NCBI GenBank assembly: GCA_937877715.1
Contig: CALEHW010000066.1
Coordinates: forward strand, 968-64,967
Direction: 5' to 3'
DNA: 64,000 bases
DNA from: an uncultured Methylophaga sp.
GTDB lineage: Bacteria; Pseudomonadota; Gammaproteobacteria; GCF-002020875
Shown: positions 58,275 to 64,000 of the stretch, piece after piece
How the letters are laid out: every line of letters begins with the position of its first letter
How positions within the stretch are numbered: position 1 is the first letter of the stretch
Translations under genes and position numbers: made by a program
Notes under the pieces: model-generated
Seen by the model: the letters and a program-made list of their open reading frames with translations, nothing else
Told to the model about the DNA's origin: nothing
The model's database searches: none

Positions 58275-59089
58275 TTCTGGTTAATGGAGTTGAGACGGAG
58301 CAGATCAGTGTTACAGATCGCGGGCTTCAGTACGGGGATGGGTTATTTGAGACTATTGCGGTTGTTGACGGTAAGCCGGAGTTTTGGGGGCGCCACATGG
58401 CACGTCTACAACGGGGGGCAGAAAAATTATCTATTCCTCTGCCGCCAGAAGAACTGCTTCTAGCCGAGGCAGAACAGATTGTCGGCAGTGATGATTCATC
58501 TCATTCTGTGCTGAAAATTACCATTACCCGCGGCAGTGGGGGGAGGGGATACCGTCCACCAGAGAGTCCGACGCCAACGCGTATTCTTGCGCTCTCTCCA
58601 TGGCCTGAATACCCGGCGGGGTATTACAGAACCGGTGCCAGGCTCCATATCTGTAAAACCAGGCTGGGCAACAATCCGTCACTTGCTGGCATAAAGCACC
58701 TGAATAGATTGGAGCAGGTTATTGCCAGAGACGAGTGGAGCGATTTAGAGATTGCAGAGGGGCTGATGCTGGATGGTGAAAATAATCTGATTGAGGGAAC
58801 CATGAGCAACATCTTTTTTGTGAAAGGTGATGAGCTCATAACCCCAGAGCTGACCAAGTGTGGGGTTGCCGGGGTGATGAGAGAGTTGCTGATCGATCGC
58901 CTGCAGGGAGAGGAGATTCCAGTTACGATTCGCCCCATCTCCCTGGGTGAACTGGATGCGTTCGACGAGGCCTTCTGTAGCAACAGCCTAATCCATATCT
59001 GGCCAATACGGCAGATTGGGGATAGAGGATTTTCTGCGCCGGGACCAATGACTATACATTGTATTCAACTCCTGAACAGGCCATCATAA
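58271..59089 (+). CDS. pabC: aminodeoxychorismate lyase
   Basis: DRGLQYGDGLFET, GIKHLNRLEQV, GVAGVMR. Confidence 0.94.
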   Translation: MILVNGVETEQISVTDRGLQYGDGLFETIAVVDGKPEFWGRHMARLQRGAEKLSIPLPPEELLLAEAEQIVGSDDSSHSVLKITITRGSGGRGYRPPESPTPTRILALSPWPEYPAGYYRTGARLHICKTRLGNNPSLAGIKHLNRLEQVIARDEWSDLEIAEGLMLDGENNLIEGTMSNIFFVKGDELITPELTKCGVAGVMRELLIDRLQGEEIPVTIRPISLGELDAFDEAFCSNSLIHIWPIRQIGDRGFSAPGPMTIHCIQLLNRPS

Positions 59090-59095
59090 CGCCCT

Positions 59096-59749
59096 ATGTC
59101 GAGAGGGAAATTCATCACCGTTGAGGGCTCTGAGGGGGTAGGCAAGAGTACCAATATCAACCATGTCCGAACCCGTCTGGAGGAGTATGGAATTGAGGTG
59201 GTGCAGACCAGAGAGCCCGGTGGTACACCGCTTGGTGAGGAGATACGTGAGCTGCTGCTCGACCATCGCCACACCGGCATGTCACAGGATGCCGAGTTGA
59301 TGTTGATGTTTGCGGCCCGTGCGGAGCATCTTAACCAGGTGATTATTCCCGCGATTGATGCCGGCAAGTGGGTGCTTTGCGACCGCTTTACCGATGCCAG
59401 CCACGCCTATCAGGGTGGTGGCAGGGGGATTCCAACCGAACGTATTGGTACCCTGGAGCAGTGGGTGCAGAAGGGGCTGCAGCCAGATTTTACCCTGCTG
59501 CTCGATATTGAGCCGGAAATCGGGCTGGAGCGTGCTGGCAAGCGAGGGGCGCTTGACCGTTTCGAGAAGGAGGAGATCGCCTTCTTCCATCGAGTGCGGG
59601 CAACCTATCTGGAGCGTGCACAACAGTTCCCGGAGCGTTTTCGGATTGTAGATGCATCACAACCACTGGAGCTGGTGCAGGCCGGCATTGATGAGCTGCT
59701 GATCCAATTTGTCGAGCACGCACTGGCAGCAGGTGGCCGCAGTGGATAG
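59096..59749 (+). CDS. tmk: thymidylate kinase
   Basis: EGSEGVGKST, REPGGT, CDRFTDAS. Confidence 0.97.
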   Translation: MSRGKFITVEGSEGVGKSTNINHVRTRLEEYGIEVVQTREPGGTPLGEEIRELLLDHRHTGMSQDAELMLMFAARAEHLNQVIIPAIDAGKWVLCDRFTDASHAYQGGGRGIPTERIGTLEQWVQKGLQPDFTLLLDIEPEIGLERAGKRGALDRFEKEEIAFFHRVRATYLERAQQFPERFRIVDASQPLELVQAGIDELLIQFVEHALAAGGRSG

Positions 59750-60746
59750 CATCCTTCCATGGCAGCAGCAGATCTGGCAGGGGCTCCAGCGGAGAATTGA
59801 ACAGCAGCGCATGCCTCACGCACTGCTGCTGCATGGCCCCAAGGGGACAGGAAAAAAGAGTCTCTCATTGGCGCTGGCAAAGAGCCTGCTCTGTGAGCAG
59901 AGGACGAAGTCCGGGGAGGGGTGTGGGCACTGTAATTCGTGCAGACTGTTCGTGGCACATACCCATACAGATCTTCATCTGCTGGAGCCGGAGGAGGGAA
60001 AGAGCGTGCTGGCTGTTGATCAGGTTCGGGGGATGGTGGAGAAGTTCTCCTACACCCCACAGATCGCCAACCGCAAGGTGGCAATTATCAACCCCGCAGA
60101 GACGATGAACAGCAGTGCAGCCAACAGTCTGCTGAAGACACTGGAGGAGCCCTCCGGAGAAGCAGTGTTGATGCTGATATCCCATGCCCCGGCATCCCTG
60201 CTGCCGACCATTCGCAGCCGTTGTCAGCAGCTTGCCTTTCCCCAGCCGTCCAGAACGGAGGCGCTTGCATGGCTTGGTGGGCAGCTGGATGACAAGAGCA
60301 TGGCCGATACTATACTTGGGATGGCAGAGGGGGCACCGCTGCGGGCGCTGGCGCTCTCCGGAGAGGGGCAGCAGGCGCACTACCAGCAGATGGCGGAAGA
60401 ATTGGTTGAGCTGCTACAGGGGAGGGCGAATCCGATCCGTGTAGCCTATCGCTGGAACAGCAAGAAGCTGGACCCAACCACCACGTTACGCTGGCTTCAG
60501 CAGTGGGTAACCACCATTATAAAACAGCAATTCAGCAACGATCCGGCAACAACGGAACCTGTCTCGTCCCTATTCCGACTGCTGCAACGGGTTGACCGGA
60601 AGAGATTTTTTCTCTTCTCTGATCGTCTCAATCAGGCGATCCGACTATCAACCACACCTGTCAACAAAGAGCTGCTGTTTGAGGGGCTGCTGTTGGAGTG
60701 GATTCGTCTTGCGGGCGACCCACTGGACGCCAGTAGTTTTAGATGA
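59742..60746 (+). CDS. holB: DNA polymerase III delta' subunit
   Basis: PWQ, HALLLHG, CGHCNSC, NSLLKTLEEP, PTIRSRC. Confidence 0.95.
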   Translation: MDSILPWQQQIWQGLQRRIEQQRMPHALLLHGPKGTGKKSLSLALAKSLLCEQRTKSGEGCGHCNSCRLFVAHTHTDLHLLEPEEGKSVLAVDQVRGMVEKFSYTPQIANRKVAIINPAETMNSSAANSLLKTLEEPSGEAVLMLISHAPASLLPTIRSRCQQLAFPQPSRTEALAWLGGQLDDKSMADTILGMAEGAPLRALALSGEGQQAHYQQMAEELVELLQGRANPIRVAYRWNSKKLDPTTTLRWLQQWVTTIIKQQFSNDPATTEPVSSLFRLLQRVDRKRFFLFSDRLNQAIRLSTTPVNKELLFEGLLLEWIRLAGDPLDASSFR

Positions 60747-61519
60747 TCGACTCCCACTGCCACCTTGACCGGCTCAAGATCCCGGAGGGGGAGACCCTTG
60801 AGGATGCGCTCGCAAGGGCAGAGGAGGAGGGGGTTCACGGCTTCCTCAATGTCTGTATCGATCTTGAGAACTTTGATGAGGTTTTACGCATAGCTAACTC
60901 AGATCAAAGGATTTACGCATCGGTTGGCGTCCACCCAAACGAGATGGAGATGCAGGAGCCAACCCTGGATGATTTGCTGCAGCGTGCAGACAATCTGAAG
61001 GTGGTTGCAATCGGTGAAACCGGGCTTGACTACCACTATGTGACCGAGCCAGAGAAGCTGGAGCAGCAGCGCAACCGCTTCAGAACCCATATTCGTGCAG
61101 CCAAAGAGGGCAACAAACCGCTGATCATCCATACCCGTGATGCGCGTGAGGATACCATCAGGATCATGCAGGAAGAGGGGGTAGATGAGTGTGGCGGGGT
61201 GATGCACTGCTTTACCGAAAACTGGGAGATGGCAAGCCAGGCACTGGAGCTTGGGTTTTATGTCTCCTTCTCCGGGATTATCACCTTCAACAGTGCAGCA
61301 GAGCTGCGTGAGGTGGCGAAAAAAGTACCGCAGGATCGACTACTGATCGAGACTGACTCCCCATACCTGGCACCAGTTCCATATCGCGGCAAGCCCAACC
61401 AGCCGGCCTACGTACGTCAGGTGGCGGAGAAGGTGGCAGGGCTACGTGGCTGGAGCATCGAAGAGGTAGACCGGATCACTACAGAAAATTTCCAGTCACT
61501 TTTTGTCGGCAACAGATGA
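60743..61519 (+). CDS. TatD family deoxyribonuclease (YcfH-like)
   Basis: IDSHCH, GVHP, IGETGLDY, HCF, ETDSPYLAP. Confidence 0.95.
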   Translation: MIDSHCHLDRLKIPEGETLEDALARAEEEGVHGFLNVCIDLENFDEVLRIANSDQRIYASVGVHPNEMEMQEPTLDDLLQRADNLKVVAIGETGLDYHYVTEPEKLEQQRNRFRTHIRAAKEGNKPLIIHTRDAREDTIRIMQEEGVDECGGVMHCFTENWEMASQALELGFYVSFSGIITFNSAAELREVAKKVPQDRLLIETDSPYLAPVPYRGKPNQPAYVRQVAEKVAGLRGWSIEEVDRITTENFQSLFVGNR

Positions 61520-61591
61520 AAAAGAGTGTAGGCTCAGACCTTGTGATTTTAACACTACATATTAATTCTTAACCAAGGAGAGGAGTAATTT

Positions 61592-61792
61592 ATGGATGAG
61601 ACAAATAACAAACAGAAGGTAAATATCGATGGAACTGAATATGATCTGGAGCAACTATCTGATAAGGCAAAAAACATGATCGGTTTTCTCCAGAGAGTTG
61701 ACAAAGAGATGCTCGAGATGCGCTTTCAGATGGACAAGGCCGCCCTCGCTCGCAAGCAGACCATTGCTGAACTTAAGGACGAGCTTGAATAG
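61592..61792 (+). CDS. small helical protein, DUF6447-like
   Basis: Strong SD (GGAGAGGAG); VNIDGTEYDLEQLSDKAK followed by amphipathic helix; family from recall, not searched. Confidence 0.65.
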   Translation: MDETNNKQKVNIDGTEYDLEQLSDKAKNMIGFLQRVDKEMLEMRFQMDKAALARKQTIAELKDELE

Positions 61793-61967
61793 TGACTGAA
61801 GTCATTTGACTATATTATTCAGAGTGATCTCATCTAAGGCTACTTTCTTGGTAGCTTGTAACAATATGTAACAAAACTCCTTGCCAATCAACTTGATATC
61901 ACCGCCTGTGGGTATATACTGTCGGATGATACGGTATCGTTGGTTCTGTTGTATTGGGAGCGTATAA

Positions 61968-62607
61968 ATGGCTGTGCCTACATGAACAAACGTTAACTCA
62001 TTGACTGATGCGAATGAGAGTATGCCATATGTGATTTCATGGGTAGATCTTGTCTCTGCAGCAGATGAAGCGGATCCTGATGGTGACGAGATCAGCTTCA
62101 TTATTGACTGTTAACAATGGTACGTTAACAAAAAATGGACTGACAGTTACCGAGGGTGTAACCACCCTTTCGGTGATGGAGTCATTAGTATGGACTCCAT
62201 CGTCGGGAGATACTGGATCAGTTGAGGCATTTACTGTTCGCGCAACAGATGGGGCTCAGAGTTCAGACACAGCAATTCCTGTAGTCATTGATGTCAATTC
62301 AGTTGATGGATCAGAACTGTTAATTGATGTTACCCAGGCTGTTATTGATGATTTAGCAGATTTGTATGAATCGTCAGGCGCATCAGGAAGTGACGGTTCA
62401 CTATCAGATATGTTTGATACGGTTGTGCCGATTGAGGCATTAACCTCGGCTAACTATTACTACTATTCCAGCTACTCATCAACTAGTTCTACAATTACTC
62501 TCAATTATCCAGATGGGGCCACTGCAACCTACATCCCTGATATACAATCATTGCAGAATAACAACAATCAGGGGTGGGGGATATGGCCGTCAGGCTGGAC
62601 CAGGTAG
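61968..62607 (+). pseudogene. disrupted Ig/cadherin-like secreted surface protein remnant
   Basis: GGGAG then ATG 61968, TGA at codon 6 (61983), frameshift ~62106-62109 joining ADEADPDGDEISFIID to TVNNGTLTKNG..LVWTP..AFTVRATDG. Confidence 0.7.
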
Positions 62608-64000
62608 TTGTCATTATTGATGACTTCAGTTATCGCTCTCTTGGGAGTGATAATGTTTATTACTATGATGTTGGTTGCATGGACAGCGTTCGTCTCTATG
62701 ACTATGTCTACAATGGTTATGGGGAGGTGGATGACTTCGAGTATCTGTACCTTGATGAACTTGGCGGGTTCTATCCGATCAACCCAGCTGATTTTACCGA
62801 GCCCGAGCAGAGCTACTACACCCTTGAGATGATTGAGGAGGGAACCCTCTACGATACTGGCCTGGATCCATCCGGGAACACTATTTACTATAGCGACTAC
62901 CTGGAATTTACCGGGGATGAGCCAACCTCGGATGAGACAGAACTGCATGGTGACTGGATTCTAGACTCCTTTCTTAACCAGCTGGATAACCAGGATACCG
63001 ACATTATTCTGATCGATGTCGATCAGTGGTCTGGGGATGTGCTGGATATCCATCTACAGGAGTTGTTTCTGCTTGTTGATACCCCATATGCAGATGGGCA
63101 GGTAACACAACTGCAACTTATTGTTGATTCCTGGCTTGCTGAACATAACAGTGAAGAGGAGGCCTACTTATTCTCCGCACTCTCATATTCTATCGCCGGT
63201 GTGCTGCCAGACTTTAACCAGAGTGTTGCTTTGGACTGGATGGAGAGCCAATACACCATTGTCGTACAGGCCAGCCCCAATGTGGGACAGGGGGCGTACA
63301 ACTGGGGTGGGCTCTATCCAAATGTGATCAACGTGGGTGCCTGGAATGTAGATGAGGATGGCAACTCCCTTCATGCTGATCCCAGTACAGACGAAACCCT
63401 GGATATTTTTGCTGACGGTTATGTGGTGCATGAGGAGTGGGGGTCTACTTTTGGTACCTCGTTCGCTACACCAAGGGTGGCAGCAGAGCTGAGCAATGAG
63501 CTGGATATAATTCTTGAGGATGTCAACCAACAACTTCTGTCTGGTGAGTTGACTACAGAGGAGATGTTGGCAACAGAGTCACTTCCCTACGCTGATATTG
63601 TAGATATTATGCTCTCCACCGTCTCATCACCGATACTGGTCGATTTCAACAATGGTTGGGTATACGATCCGATCAGCGTATTGAGTGATGATATAACCAG
63701 TAACCTCTTTCCAGTCACAGTACCACAGAGTGTTGGAGGCAATGGGATCCCCTATACAACTGTTGAGACTGTCTATCTGGTAACCGATTTGATTGATCAT
63801 GGTGATGGTAGCCAGACTCGCACATATCTTGACCAGGATGGTGTGGAGTGGTCTGTTTACTACACCATGAACGCAGACTCCTATAGTGAGCTTCTTACCA
63901 ATGCGGGTGGGGACACCATTGAAAAGCAGGCCCTCTGGAATGGGGACGGATCCCACACGGCAACCAAAAGCAGTAGTTACAGAGACCGTATCGGCAACCC
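62583..64000 (+). CDS. divergent acidic S8 (subtilisin-like) serine peptidase domain protein, runs off window
   Basis: Absent from ORF track; 472 open codons by manual translation; VVVIIDD (D13), LHGDW (H122), VVQASPN (N233), NVINVGA, LDIFADG, GTSFATPRVAA (S293). Confidence 0.8.
   Translation, partial: MAVRLDQVVVIIDDFSYRSLGSDNVYYYDVGCMDSVRLYDYVYNGYGEVDDFEYLYLDELGGFYPINPADFTEPEQSYYTLEMIEEGTLYDTGLDPSGNTIYYSDYLEFTGDEPTSDETELHGDWILDSFLNQLDNQDTDIILIDVDQWSGDVLDIHLQELFLLVDTPYADGQVTQLQLIVDSWLAEHNSEEEAYLFSALSYSIAGVLPDFNQSVALDWMESQYTIVVQASPNVGQGAYNWGGLYPNVINVGAWNVDEDGNSLHADPSTDETLDIFADGYVVHEEWGSTFGTSFATPRVAAELSNELDIILEDVNQQLLSGELTTEEMLATESLPYADIVDIMLSTVSSPILVDFNNGWVYDPISVLSDDITSNLFPVTVPQSVGGNGIPYTTVETVYLVTDLIDHGDGSQTRTYLDQDGVEWSVYYTMNADSYSELLTNAGGDTIEKQALWNGDGSHTATKSSSYRDRIGN

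Noticed and set aside
61983-61985. In-frame TGA as selenocysteine or genetic-code reassignment
   Set aside because: TGA ends many normal genes here (e.g. orn, purA, radA), the position fits a Leu in the repeat pattern, and a separate frameshift follows; pseudogenisation is simpler.
62568-63956. ORF-track fragments 62568-62948, 62608-62832, 63121-63327, 63183-63533 and 63627-63956
   Set aside because: All overlap the continuous + frame from 62583 that carries the S8 motifs.

Overview
Gene-dense, mostly + strand core-genome segment of a gammaproteobacterium, judged from gene order and protein motifs. Conserved blocks in order: rsgA / small cytochrome c / M48 peptidase / orn / queG / tsaE-ami-mutL-miaA-hfq-hflX-hflK-hflC-DUF2065-hisZ-purA; tRNA-Leu(CAG); rnr-rlmB; rpsF-rpsR-DUF2232-rplI-dnaB-alr-radA; CorC-family and YpjD-like genes; ffh; rpsP-rimM-trmD-rplS-xerD-dsbC; mutS; CinA-family-recA-recX-alaS-lysC-csrA-tRNA-Ser(GCT); modABC; LMW-PTP; rne; rluC-HAD; maf; yceD-rpmF-plsX-fabHDG-acpP-fabF-pabB-pabC-tmk-holB-tatD. 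After tatD (~61.5 kb) an accessory region begins: a small DUF6447-like protein, a disrupted Ig/cadherin-like surface-protein remnant, and a long ORF missed by the ORF track (62583 to window end) encoding a divergent, very acidic subtilisin-like (S8) protein with no lysine in its first 447 residues and no signal peptide or prodomain. Non-coding signals of note: a symmetric bidirectional promoter candidate predicting leaderless queG and tsaE mRNAs (with similar geometry at several other genes), a ~175 nt imperfect hairpin between ffh and rpsP, a 2x33 bp hairpin repeat before hflK, and a compositionally atypical recA with no visible LexA box. No CRISPR array, transposase, prophage or intein was seen. 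All calls are by eye; no searches were run.
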